Shown piece after piece: positions 47,816-57,519 of a stretch of 64,000 nt of DNA; the first letter of the stretch is position 1, and each line of letters starts with the position of its first letter. The stretch comes from Minisyncoccota bacterium. GTDB lineage: Bacteria; Patescibacteriota; Minisyncoccia; Phycocordibacterales; CALRHW01. The notes under the pieces were generated by a model, which had not been told where the DNA came from, ran no database searches, and saw only the letters and a program-made list of their open reading frames with translations. The position numbers were made by a program, and so were the translations under genes. Where the stretch lies: NCBI GenBank assembly GCA_046350795.1, contig JAXLZT010000001.1, positions 80,468 to 144,467 on the forward strand, written 5' to 3'.

Positions 47816-49570
47816 TTATTCTGATACCACACGCAATATTTCTTCTATTGTGGTCTGACCCTGAACAGCTTTGAAAATGCCGTCTTCTATCATAGACAAC
47901 ATACCTTCGGCTTTTGCTTGTTTCTCTATTTCTTTATCAGTCTTACCCTGCATCACAAGCTCTTTTATAGCTGGAGACACCTTGAGCACTTCGTATATAC
48001 CCACTCGGCCACTAAAAGCTTGCTCAGGGTCTACACCGGCTTTTGGTCTATAAAAAGGTATTTTGTCCCAAGACACTTTTCCTTCTACCACCTTTTCTTC
48101 TTTCAAAAACTTTAAGACACGATCAAGGTCAACGGTTTTTTTCAAAGTTTCTATCTCGGCGTCAGTCAAAAAGTATTTTTCTTTTTTATCAGTAAGTTTA
48201 CGAACGAGACGCTGTGCAATAACTACGTTTAATGTAGAGACGATTAAAAACGGCTCGACTTTCATATCTATGAGACGAGGTATCGCACCTGCAGCTGAGT
48301 TGGTGTGCAGTGTGGAAAGCACGAGATGACCTGTAAGTGATGCGTTGACCGCAAGAGAAGCTGTCTCACCATCACGGATCTCTCCCACCATGATAATGTC
48401 TGGGTCCTGACGCACTAGTGTGCGTAGACCGTTACTAAAGGTCAATCCTATCTCAGACTTTACTTGCGTTTGGTTGATACGATTCATTTGATACTCTACC
48501 GGATCCTCTATAGTAGAAATATTTACGTCAGGCGTATTTAAAATATCAAGCATTGTATATAGAGAAGTGGTCTTTCCAGATCCTGTCGGTCCAGTAGTGA
48601 GTATGAGTCCAGTCGTCTGATTCATTGCCTTGTGTATTTGCTCTAGAGCCTCACCGTGATAACCGAGTACTTCGAGAGTAAATCCAGAAGCTGATTCGCG
48701 AAGCAAACGCATTACAGTCTTTTCTCCGTAGTAAATAGGCAAAGTAGAAACACGGAAAGAAACTTTTTCTCCGTTCATGTCTATTTTAAAGCGACCGTCT
48801 TGTGGTAAACGCTTTTCATCTAGCTTTAGATTTGCGAGCACTTTTATGCGTGCGGTGATACTAGTAGAAATATTTTTAGGTAATGTCATAGCGTCATGAA
48901 GCATACCGTCGATACGGTATCTGACTATCACCTGATTTTCGAGGGGCTCGATGTGAATATCAGAAGCGTTTTGAATAATTGCATGTTTTAAAAGAGTATC
49001 GACTATGCGCACCACAGGCATATCCTCAGCAAGCTTCTTGAGGTCGCTCTCTGACACATCTTCGTTTTCACCTCCATCGGCTACAGCTTTTATGGACACG
49101 GATTCTTTTTGAATCAAATCTCCAAATTCTGCCTTAAGACTTTTTTGATATTGCAAAAGCACACTCTTAATAGATTCGCTATCAGTCAAACGAGGCAATA
49201 TTTTCAATCCAACTTTCTTTTTTACAAAATCAATAGCGGTCAGATTGGCAATATCAAGCATTGCCACCTCGAGTCCCCCAGGTACTTTTTTAAAACCAAC
49301 TATATTGTGATTGCGAGCAATAGGTTCTGGAATAAGAGCGAGCACATCAAAATCTATCTTTATACCCTTTAAATCAACAAAAGGAATACCTAAAATATTA
49401 GCCTGAATCTTGCGCAATTCATCCTCACCTATCTTACCCTTGCTTACAAGTACTTCTCCCACATCAACATCCTTTTCCTCTGCCTCTTTTTCTGCAGAAG
49501 CAAAATCGGCTTTTGATACAAGACCAGAGTCCAAGATGAAATCTTTAAATTGTTTTTCTTCAATGTGCAT
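47816..49570 (-). CDS. pilB: type IV pilus assembly ATPase PilB (GspE family)
   Basis: N-terminal GSPII_E_N domain, Walker A TGPTGSGKTTSLY, Asp box, His box. Confidence 0.92.
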   Translation of the reverse strand: MHIEEKQFKDFILDSGLVSKADFASAEKEAEEKDVDVGEVLVSKGKIGEDELRKIQANILGIPFVDLKGIKIDFDVLALIPEPIARNHNIVGFKKVPGGLEVAMLDIANLTAIDFVKKKVGLKILPRLTDSESIKSVLLQYQKSLKAEFGDLIQKESVSIKAVADGGENEDVSESDLKKLAEDMPVVRIVDTLLKHAIIQNASDIHIEPLENQVIVRYRIDGMLHDAMTLPKNISTSITARIKVLANLKLDEKRLPQDGRFKIDMNGEKVSFRVSTLPIYYGEKTVMRLLRESASGFTLEVLGYHGEALEQIHKAMNQTTGLILTTGPTGSGKTTSLYTMLDILNTPDVNISTIEDPVEYQMNRINQTQVKSEIGLTFSNGLRTLVRQDPDIIMVGEIRDGETASLAVNASLTGHLVLSTLHTNSAAGAIPRLIDMKVEPFLIVSTLNVVIAQRLVRKLTDKKEKYFLTDAEIETLKKTVDLDRVLKFLKEEKVVEGKVSWDKIPFYRPKAGVDPEQAFSGRVGIYEVLKVSPAIKELVMQGKTDKEIEKQAKAEGMLSMIEDGIFKAVQGQTTIEEILRVVSE

Positions 49571-49656
49571 AATAGTAGTGCAACAATGAAATTATTATAT
49601 CAGAAAACAAAACACACATCTGTGGAGATGTGTGTTTTGTTTAAAAAAACGCAAAA

Positions 49657-50463
49657 TTAATTTTTAACACAATACAACAAAGCAATGTATGGATTTAACA
49701 TGTTCATTGCCTCAGCGTTTCCAGTAGCACCTATACTAGGTGAGGACGTATTTGGATTATCCCAAGGAATGTCTACGTTTTGTTGACAAGTGCCCCCAGA
49801 ACAATAATTTTTTCCTGTATTTCCAAAAGCGTTTACAAGATAATTTCCATTATTATTTATGGTGTGATTATGAGATGCCATCTGTTCTAAAGTCTGTACA
49901 ATAGCCTCCTGACCACCCTTTTGTCCTAAAGTATGATTTGTACTAGCAGTGGATCCACTTCCTGTATTAGAGTTTCCTACTCCCAGTATTACTCTACCTG
50001 CACCATCAGTAAAAGGACTCCATCCAGATGGGCATGAAGATAGGTTGAAAGACATGACCGCACCAGAAGGAGCATTTATCACAACACCGCCACTATTTGT
50101 CGGCCACTGTGTAATACAAGCATCTCCTATACAAAAACCTGTGCGACTTTTTGAGTATCCCACCACATCAAGCATTTGAGTTGGCGCATCTGTACCAATA
50201 CCAACCTTGCCAGCATAAGCAGAAAAACCGAGATCATCTTGCAACACAGCGGCGCCCACAGTAAGTCCTCCTTGTTTTATCTGACCGACTGTACCTAAAT
50301 TTATAGGCGGTCTACATCCAGGCGTAAAGTTGTTAGCACAATCTGGCGGTGGAGATGAAGGCGCACTCCAACCAAAAACAGTTACAGAACCAAAGTAAAA
50401 TACGCAGGTTAAAAGAACAATCTTAATATTTTTTATAATTTCTTTTTTATTATTCATATTCAT
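49657..50463 (-). CDS. secreted phage tail-collar/MdpB-like domain protein, paralog 1
   Basis: signal peptide, conserved CPSGWSPFTDGAGRVILGVG...LGQKGGQEAIVQ...H-x-H...NPYIALLYCVKN resembling tail-collar / microcystin-dependent protein domains. Confidence 0.65.
   Translation of the reverse strand: MNMNNKKEIIKNIKIVLLTCVFYFGSVTVFGWSAPSSPPPDCANNFTPGCRPPINLGTVGQIKQGGLTVGAAVLQDDLGFSAYAGKVGIGTDAPTQMLDVVGYSKSRTGFCIGDACITQWPTNSGGVVINAPSGAVMSFNLSSCPSGWSPFTDGAGRVILGVGNSNTGSGSTASTNHTLGQKGGQEAIVQTLEQMASHNHTINNNGNYLVNAFGNTGKNYCSGGTCQQNVDIPWDNPNTSSPSIGATGNAEAMNMLNPYIALLYCVKN
49895..50051. repeat. 157-bp block 100% identical to 50711-50867 and 51530-51686 (within three paralogous genes)
   Basis: direct comparison of sequence text. 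Confidence 0.9.
50132..50184. repeat. 53-bp block identical to 50939-50991 and 51770-51822
   Basis: direct comparison; encodes QMLDVVGYSKSRTGFC on minus strand. Confidence 0.85.
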
Positions 50464-50469
50464 AATCTT

Positions 50470-51267
50470 CTAAGGTAAATCTTTAGAACAATAAAGCAAT
50501 GTGACATATGGATCCGTAATATTCATTGGACTGCCACCCAAATTGTTATTAACGGTTGGGGTAAAAAAATCTCCAGTAGTAATAATAGAATTTGAACTAA
50601 CACAAGATTGATTGGTGCAAAAATTTTTTTGTTGTTTACCAAGATAGTTCACCCAAATAGGATAGTTGCCGGTCGCGGCATGATTGTGCGGAGGAAGTTG
50701 AGACGCTTCTTGTACAATAGCCTCCTGACCACCCTTTTGTCCTAAAGTATGATTTGTACTAGCAGTGGATCCACTTCCTGTATTAGAGTTTCCTACTCCC
50801 AGTATTACTCTACCTGCACCATCAGTAAAAGGACTCCATCCAGATGGGCATGAAGATAGGTTGAAAGCCGCAACAATAGCGCCAGAAGGTATACTTGATC
50901 CACCAGCATTCCAGTTTTGTATACAACTATCATTGATGCAAAAACCTGTGCGACTTTTTGAGTATCCCACCACATCAAGCATTTGAGTTGGTTCAATAGT
51001 GCCTATACCGGCCTTTCCTTTCAAGACCAAAAGGCTTGGTTGGCTTGCATCCAAACCATAACCAACAGTAAGGCCTCCCTGTTTTATTTGACCGTCACCC
51101 CCCAAGTGTAATGGCGCATCACATCCAGGATAATTTGTAGGGCAATTGGTTGGACTGCCTGGTGGAGGGCTCCATGCTCCATAAACAGCATTTACACCAA
51201 CACTCAAAAAAAATGCAATTACTACTATCTTAAAATTTTGTAATATTTTTTCTTTTAGAAGATTCAT
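50470..51267 (-). CDS. secreted phage tail-collar/MdpB-like domain protein, paralog 2
   Basis: same conserved core as 49657-50463, divergent N- and C-terminal flanks. Confidence 0.65.
   Translation of the reverse strand: MNLLKEKILQNFKIVVIAFFLSVGVNAVYGAWSPPPGSPTNCPTNYPGCDAPLHLGGDGQIKQGGLTVGYGLDASQPSLLVLKGKAGIGTIEPTQMLDVVGYSKSRTGFCINDSCIQNWNAGGSSIPSGAIVAAFNLSSCPSGWSPFTDGAGRVILGVGNSNTGSGSTASTNHTLGQKGGQEAIVQEASQLPPHNHAATGNYPIWVNYLGKQQKNFCTNQSCVSSNSIITTGDFFTPTVNNNLGGSPMNITDPYVTLLYCSKDLP
50711..50867. repeat. 157-bp identical block, copy 2
   Basis: direct comparison. Confidence 0.9.
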
Positions 51268-51279
51268 GGCGTATTTAAA

Positions 51280-52107
51280 TTAATTTTTGGAACAATAAAG
51301 TAATGTGACATATGGATCCATAATATTCATCGGTAACGGACTATCTGAACCTATTGGTTGCAACCACACCGTACCTTGATTGTTATATGCATTTTTAAAA
51401 TTTCCACCACTGCAATTATTTGATCCCTGTTGACAGCTATTAATACTAGGAACACCAATAGGCCTCAACCAACCAGAAGACCCGCCACCATTAAACGAAT
51501 GGCTATGAACTGCCACCTGTGATTCGTCTTGTACAATAGCCTCCTGACCACCCTTTTGTCCTAAAGTATGATTTGTACTAGCAGTGGATCCACTTCCTGT
51601 ATTAGAGTTTCCTACTCCCAGTATTACTCTACCTGCACCATCAGTAAAAGGACTCCATCCAGATGGGCATGAAGATAGGTTGAAAGGTAAAACGGTACCA
51701 GAAGGAAGTTCTACCACATTATCACCGCCAGTCGCCCATGAAAAAGACGTGATACAGCTATCGTTGATGCAAAAACCTGTGCGACTTTTTGAGTATCCCA
51801 CCACATCAAGCATTTGAGTTGGTTCGGTCGTACCTATACCAGCTTTTCCGCCAGCAACAGCAAAGCCAAGAGAATCTGTAGACAAACTTTCACCAAGTAT
51901 TAAACCGCCGTCTTTTATCTGCCCGTAAGATCCAATATGAACTGGTTTATCACAACCAGTAGCGCCAGAAGGGCAATTGTTTTCAATGTTTGGAATACCA
52001 GGTGGACCCACCCAAGCCAAAAGAGTGCTCACCCCTGTGCCAAGCATAAAGGTTAACAAAGCTATTTTCATCCAATCAATAATTTCTTTTTTTATAAAGC
52101 TTTTCAT
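51280..52107 (-). CDS. secreted phage tail-collar/MdpB-like domain protein, paralog 3
   Basis: same conserved core; C-terminus DPYVTLLYCSKN. Confidence 0.65.
   Translation of the reverse strand: MKSFIKKEIIDWMKIALLTFMLGTGVSTLLAWVGPPGIPNIENNCPSGATGCDKPVHIGSYGQIKDGGLILGESLSTDSLGFAVAGGKAGIGTTEPTQMLDVVGYSKSRTGFCINDSCITSFSWATGGDNVVELPSGTVLPFNLSSCPSGWSPFTDGAGRVILGVGNSNTGSGSTASTNHTLGQKGGQEAIVQDESQVAVHSHSFNGGGSSGWLRPIGVPSINSCQQGSNNCSGGNFKNAYNNQGTVWLQPIGSDSPLPMNIMDPYVTLLYCSKN
51530..51686. repeat. 157-bp identical block, copy 3
   Basis: direct comparison. Confidence 0.9.
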
Positions 52108-52116
52108 TTTTTAAAA

Positions 52117-52452
52117 TTATTTTGCTGTCATTGAGTTGATAAGTTTGTTCTTTTTCTCTACGGACAGGCCCGCTTGGCTTGATTTTGCTGTACTAGACTT
52201 TATAAGTGCCTGTCTTTCTTTTTCAGTAAGATTTGATGGGCCTTTTGCTGTCATTGAATTGATAAGTTTTTGTTCTGGAGTCATCTGAGAATCTGGAGAA
52301 GTGCCCGTCTTTTCTTTAAACATAAAAATTATAGCAACAAAAACAATTAGGCACGCTATAAAAATAACAACCCATCTAGTTTTATTGTGTTGAGAGTCGG
52401 CAACTTGATTTATGTTATTTAGATTGTTATCCATGTCATTTAAATTATACAT
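52117..52452 (-). CDS. small single-TM protein with three (L/I)INSMTAKGPS-type repeats
   Basis: TM WVVIFIACLIVFVAIIFMF; repeats seen in translation; ATG overlaps stop of upstream 762-aa gene (translational coupling). Confidence 0.55.
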   Translation of the reverse strand: MYNLNDMDNNLNNINQVADSQHNKTRWVVIFIACLIVFVAIIFMFKEKTGTSPDSQMTPEQKLINSMTAKGPSNLTEKERQALIKSSTAKSSQAGLSVEKKNKLINSMTAK

Positions 52453-54740
52453 TAAAATTCATTTGTATCTGGTTGCGCTACTACAACTATAGAGTTATCA
52501 CATTTTTTAACAGTAGAAACACCATTTACATTTGTAGCTGTAACATAAAGCTCTTTTATTCCAGTTGTAGCATATGTTTTTACAAAGTTTGTATTAGAAC
52601 CCGTAGATGTTGGATTAACATTTGTTCCCTCCCAAGAATATGTTAGTGGATTTAGTGGATCAACAGTCGCTGGTGTAGCCACCCAAGTAACAGGATTGTT
52701 TACCAAATATGGCGGACCGCCCGCTGCTTTACATGAGGCCAAATCGAAAGATGGTACAAGCACTGGAATAGTAACTGTTTTTTCTGGAATAGAAGATTGG
52801 CCCTTAACAATAACTTCGTACATACCAGGGTCAGTATCTGGAGATACATTTATTGAAAGAGTCTTTTGACAATCTGGTTTGCAACTAGCATTTGCAGGCA
52901 GAGACGCTGTGAGTGGTGAGGTAGCACCACCCGGCGCATTTACCTGAACTGATAAATCAACTGTTTCTGTCTTTCCAGAAGTAAGGGTTAAATTGATATC
53001 GGAAGTTACATTGTGAGTTTCTCCCGGAACAGTCCAGCTAGTAAAACCACTCGGTAAAGCAGTAATAGAATAATCAAAAGGAGCTGGAACGCCATAGGTT
53101 ACCTTATGATAACCATTCACAGGATCATTAAACCGGATCCATCCAAGCGCTTCTCCACCCCACATTGATCCCATTATACGAGCAGTCTTTCTGTTGTAAG
53201 TAAGTCCAGCATCTCCGTGTTCATGACTATAGCCGGTTGGGAAAGTATTATCAGAAAGTTTTATCCAACCATCAAATCCTGGAGTGCTATCTCCACTCAA
53301 GACTCTAGCCCAACCAGCAATAGAACCAACATTCTGATCTATGTTTGTTAGACTAGCAACGTCACTTGAATTATTTGGTCCTGTTAGACCACCAAAATTT
53401 ATCCAACCCACAGAATCACTCCAAGCATGACCAGAAAGTGTTCCAGATCCACCCATAACACCGCCATTATTTACACTTACTCCAAAACCACCGGATGTAG
53501 CACAAGGTGAATCGGCCACACCATCCTGATCTTCATCAAAACAACTATTCATCTGTATCCAGCCAATGTTGTCTGACCAAGCATATCCAAAAATATTACC
53601 AATTTCATTTTCTACACACTGGCCATTTACAGGCTCAGTATTGCCCTGACACTTTGCTTCACATTTTGGCGCACTACCAGATGGAGAACTACATGAAGCT
53701 ACTGTTGTATAAGGAGTATCAGCTGTCAGACCGGTGCCATCTCCAGCACAAAGGGTAGAATTTGCAGGAAGAGTACCTGTGCATGAATAGGTGGGAGCTG
53801 GAACACAAGAATCTGAATTACCCGGACCAGGAGAATAAACGTATCCTATGTCACACTCTCTTTCACATTTTGGTGCGCTTCCTGTTGGAACGCTACAAGA
53901 CTGGACCAAATCATACTGTATATTGCCACTAAACCCAGCGTTGTCTCCCGAACAAAGTACTGAATTTGATGCAACATTTCCATTACATGACCCACTCAAA
54001 CCACCTCCACCGGATTGAGTAATAGTGCCTGATTGTCTCCACTCACTCCACAATCCCTGACAGCTATCCCAATTACGCACTGCTATTTTTATAGGTTCTC
54101 CTTGATATTTTGTTGGGGTCTGAAGTTGAGCTACACCACTATATCCAGCAGGAATTACTGGTGGATAATCTACCCATATCGGCACACTTACATCTTCTGG
54201 CTCCTGATTATTTAAAATTACAATAACCTGATGCTCCTCTCCTGTTCCGTTGTTTGCAGCTGGCGGAATAGTAATATTTAGATCGTTTAAACCGGGATTT
54301 ACATACGAACCAGAAAAGCTACCGGATACCCATGTAGGTGGTACTGGAAAATCATTTGTACAAGGACCCTCTTTTCCGCCTCCACCATTGCCTCCATCAC
54401 CATCTGACATTGTTGGAGTGTAATCTTGAATACCTCCCACACCATCATTATCAATAGTAGTTATCTGGCAAGTACCGACGTTTTCAGCAGTACAAGCTGG
54501 TGGATTTCCAATACCGTTCACACCCACACAAAGACCAGACTGACACTGACTATTACTAACACATATACCACCATTTGGGGTGTTATTGGTACAAGAGAGT
54601 ACTGTTGGGTTAGCACCTTTTCCCTCTACACCAGGTGAATGAGCAACAAAAAGCATTCCTCCAAAAAGCACAGCCACAGCTAAAGCAAAAAACAAAAGTG
54701 ATCTATTACGAATAATTCCTTCTTTTATATTTTTCACCAT
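52452..54740 (-). CDS. large Cys-rich secreted surface protein with AWS-x-NIGWI repeats and C-terminal PKD-like domain
   Basis: signal anchor; CSxPxGSAPKCE Cys repeats; four G(Y/W)AWSxNIGWI-like repeats; C-terminal PYLVNNPVTW...YSWEGTN...TTGIKELYVTATNVNG PKD-like; ends ...PDTNEF. Confidence 0.65.
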   Translation of the reverse strand: MVKNIKEGIIRNRSLLFFALAVAVLFGGMLFVAHSPGVEGKGANPTVLSCTNNTPNGGICVSNSQCQSGLCVGVNGIGNPPACTAENVGTCQITTIDNDGVGGIQDYTPTMSDGDGGNGGGGKEGPCTNDFPVPPTWVSGSFSGSYVNPGLNDLNITIPPAANNGTGEEHQVIVILNNQEPEDVSVPIWVDYPPVIPAGYSGVAQLQTPTKYQGEPIKIAVRNWDSCQGLWSEWRQSGTITQSGGGGLSGSCNGNVASNSVLCSGDNAGFSGNIQYDLVQSCSVPTGSAPKCERECDIGYVYSPGPGNSDSCVPAPTYSCTGTLPANSTLCAGDGTGLTADTPYTTVASCSSPSGSAPKCEAKCQGNTEPVNGQCVENEIGNIFGYAWSDNIGWIQMNSCFDEDQDGVADSPCATSGGFGVSVNNGGVMGGSGTLSGHAWSDSVGWINFGGLTGPNNSSDVASLTNIDQNVGSIAGWARVLSGDSTPGFDGWIKLSDNTFPTGYSHEHGDAGLTYNRKTARIMGSMWGGEALGWIRFNDPVNGYHKVTYGVPAPFDYSITALPSGFTSWTVPGETHNVTSDINLTLTSGKTETVDLSVQVNAPGGATSPLTASLPANASCKPDCQKTLSINVSPDTDPGMYEVIVKGQSSIPEKTVTIPVLVPSFDLASCKAAGGPPYLVNNPVTWVATPATVDPLNPLTYSWEGTNVNPTSTGSNTNFVKTYATTGIKELYVTATNVNGVSTVKKCDNSIVVVAQPDTNEF

Positions 54741-54907
54741 ATAAAAACAACAAAGATTAATGTCGATTAAAATTATAGCACATTGCTCAAACTAAAATTT
54801 AGTTTTAAATCTGTTATGTGGATAATACTTGACTTATTGCTCAAATTTTGCTACTGTATTTGTATTAGAAGTTCGCCTCACGGCGGACTAATTTTTTTAA
54901 AAAATAT

Positions 54908-56050
54908 ATGTTAGATCTAAAAGTAATTCATTCAGTGCTTCATCAGCTCGAAGAAGAGCGAGGCATTCCAAAAGAGAAAATAATAGAGGCCATAGAAATG
55001 GCTCTTGCTACTGCGTATAAAAAAGAATATGGCGAAAAAGGCCAAATTGTTCGCGCTAAATTTGATATAAACTCAGGAAAAACAGAATTTTTGCAGGTGA
55101 AAATCGTCGTAGACGATACTACAGTTATAATTCCAGATAAAAATGGCGAGGTAGATTTTGAGCGTGCAGAAGCCGAAGAAAAAGATATTTTCAATCCAGA
55201 ACATCACATTCTCCTAAACGATGCTAAAAAAATCAAAAAAGACGTAGCGCTTGGCGAAGAAATGGTTTTCCCTCTAGAGGGACATGACGACTACGGACGC
55301 ATTGCTTCTCAAACAGCAAAGCAGGTCATCATCCAAAAGATTCGCGAGGCAGAAAAAACAGCTGTGCTAGGTGAATACGGCAAACAAGAAGGAACTATAG
55401 TAAACGGAACAGTTCAAAGAATGGAAAGAGGTGCAATATTCGTCGATATGGGCAGAGCTACAGGTATTCTTTCATATGAAGACCAAATTCCAGGAGAGAG
55501 ATACTCTCAAGGAGAGCGTGTCCGAGCATATCTATATAGAGTAGAAGAGACTCCTCGAGGAATCTTCCTACGACTTTCTCGTTCACATCCACAATTCCTA
55601 CAAAAACTTTTTGAGGTAGAAACTCCAGAGATCGGTGCGGGTGTAGTGCAGGTAAAATCTGTTGCCCGCGAAGCTGGTGCTCGTACAAAAATAGCAGTAG
55701 CTTCTACAGATGAGCATATTGACCCTGTCGGCTCTATGGTGGGTCAGCGTGGAGTACGCGTAAGCACAGTCATGAGCGAGCTTGGTGGCGAAAAAATTGA
55801 TATTATAGAGTGGTCAGCAGATCCTAAAAAGTTTGTTGAGGACTCTCTTTCTCCAGCAAAAGTTATTTCTGTTGAAATAGATGAGACAGAAAAGAAAGCT
55901 ACAGTAAAAGTCTCAGAAGACCAACAGTCTCTGGCTATCGGAAAAGGTGGTCAAAACGTGCGACTAGCAGCAAAGCTCACAGGATGGAAAATAGACATAC
56001 AGTCTGTGAAAGGAGAATCCGTAGCTGACTCAGAAGAAGTACAAGCTTAA
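54908..56050 (+). CDS. nusA: transcription termination/antitermination factor NusA
   Basis: N-terminal domain, S1 and two KH domains; 380 aa (no AR repeats). Confidence 0.9.
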   Translation: MLDLKVIHSVLHQLEEERGIPKEKIIEAIEMALATAYKKEYGEKGQIVRAKFDINSGKTEFLQVKIVVDDTTVIIPDKNGEVDFERAEAEEKDIFNPEHHILLNDAKKIKKDVALGEEMVFPLEGHDDYGRIASQTAKQVIIQKIREAEKTAVLGEYGKQEGTIVNGTVQRMERGAIFVDMGRATGILSYEDQIPGERYSQGERVRAYLYRVEETPRGIFLRLSRSHPQFLQKLFEVETPEIGAGVVQVKSVAREAGARTKIAVASTDEHIDPVGSMVGQRGVRVSTVMSELGGEKIDIIEWSADPKKFVEDSLSPAKVISVEIDETEKKATVKVSEDQQSLAIGKGGQNVRLAAKLTGWKIDIQSVKGESVADSEEVQA

Positions 56051-56089
56051 ATTTATCAGGGTGCATTTGCACCATAATAAAAAATAAAT

Positions 56090-56614
56090 ATGAATTTGTG
56101 GCACGATATTGCATCAGGAGAAAAAGATTCAATAAATACTATTATTGAAATCAACAAAGGTTCAAAAAATAAATATGAAATAGACAAAGAAACAGGCATG
56201 ATCGCTCTTGATCGTGTTCTCCACTCTTCCCAAGATTACCCCTTTGACTATGGCTTTGTACCACAGACTCTTTGGGATGACGGAGACGCTGTAGACGTAA
56301 TAGTCCTTACTACTTACCCGCTTTTACCTGGCATTCTAGTACGAGTACGCCCTGTAGCTATCATGGACATGGTTGATAGCGGTGAGTCAGATGCAAAAAT
56401 AATTGCTGTGCCAGTAGATGATCCTAGATGGAATGATGTAAAAGATTTAGCTGATGTAAATAAACACACCCTAAAAGAAATGGAACACTTCTTTTCAACG
56501 TATAAAAAACTACAAAACAAAGAAGTGTCAGTGCAAGGATTCCACGGAAAGGACAAAGCAGAAGAAGCGTTTTTGCGAGGAATAGAGTTATATAAACAAA
56601 AGTTTTCTAAATAA
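56090..56614 (+). CDS. ppa: inorganic pyrophosphatase (family I)
   Basis: DYPFDYGFVPQTLWDDGDAVDVIV signature. Confidence 0.92.
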   Translation: MNLWHDIASGEKDSINTIIEINKGSKNKYEIDKETGMIALDRVLHSSQDYPFDYGFVPQTLWDDGDAVDVIVLTTYPLLPGILVRVRPVAIMDMVDSGESDAKIIAVPVDDPRWNDVKDLADVNKHTLKEMEHFFSTYKKLQNKEVSVQGFHGKDKAEEAFLRGIELYKQKFSK

Positions 56615-56619
56615 ACAAA

Positions 56620-56657
56620 ACAAAAAACACCAATGCATAAGCTTGGTGTTTTTTGTT
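56620..56657 (+). terminator. terminator ACACCAA-tgcataagc-TTGGTGT plus T-run
   Basis: seen in sequence after ppa. Confidence 0.6.
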
Positions 56658-56750
56658 TGTCTAACAATTTATCTGTATAATGTAAGCAGACAAGACGCTT
56701 TCCGTCTTATTATTTAGTAGAACACGCTTATAAAATATAACTTACAAAAT

Positions 56751-57485
56751 ATGAAAAAAATTATCTATAGCTTTTTGTTTATTGCACTCGCTTTTGTTTT
56801 ATTTCCTGGTTTTTCACATGCACAAACAGGTGTTGCGCCAATGAAAAACAATTATGCTGGTAAAAAAATCGATCCACCAGGAGTAAGGCCTACCAACATG
56901 ATGGAAAAGGCACAAAACATAAAAGACACAGCCTTTGATGACAGAGTTCGACTCGCTCCAGATCTAGAAAAAAGACGTGAATTTGAAATGACAAAAGACG
57001 GTCAGATACGAGCAAAAGACGGTCAACCAGTAGGTAGACGAGAGAAACTTGGAAAACACGTTGAAATAATCACAACCAGACTAAATGCTGGTGTAATGCG
57101 ACTAGAACAAATAATCACCAGAATAGAATCTCGAAATGAAAAGATAAAATCAGAAGGAGGTGATGTTTCCGCTTCAGAAAAAGCAATAACTAGCGCACAA
57201 ACAGAAATAGAAAAGGCAAAAACAGACATCTCTTCCCTATCGACAATGTTTGAAAGTGTTGTAGAAGAATCAGATTTGTCCACAACAGAAGGAGCTGCTG
57301 CGATAAGCGCTATAAAAGCCACACAACAAGCAAATAAAGACGCACTAATGAAAATGCGCGCAACTATTCAAAGTGCGAAAGGACACCTAGAGTCTGCAAG
57401 AAAATATCTCGTAAACTCTGTTACAGTAATAAAAAGTATGCGTTCAACATCACCAACATCCGCTACGCCAGTTGAATCAATATAA
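56751..57485 (+). CDS. hypothetical secreted coiled-coil protein
   Basis: signal peptide ending FSHA-QT, charged helical body. Confidence 0.5.
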   Translation: MKKIIYSFLFIALAFVLFPGFSHAQTGVAPMKNNYAGKKIDPPGVRPTNMMEKAQNIKDTAFDDRVRLAPDLEKRREFEMTKDGQIRAKDGQPVGRREKLGKHVEIITTRLNAGVMRLEQIITRIESRNEKIKSEGGDVSASEKAITSAQTEIEKAKTDISSLSTMFESVVEESDLSTTEGAAAISAIKATQQANKDALMKMRATIQSAKGHLESARKYLVNSVTVIKSMRSTSPTSATPVESI

Positions 57486-57519
57486 AAAATTAATAATTAA
57501 TTATTAAGAAAATAAAAAT

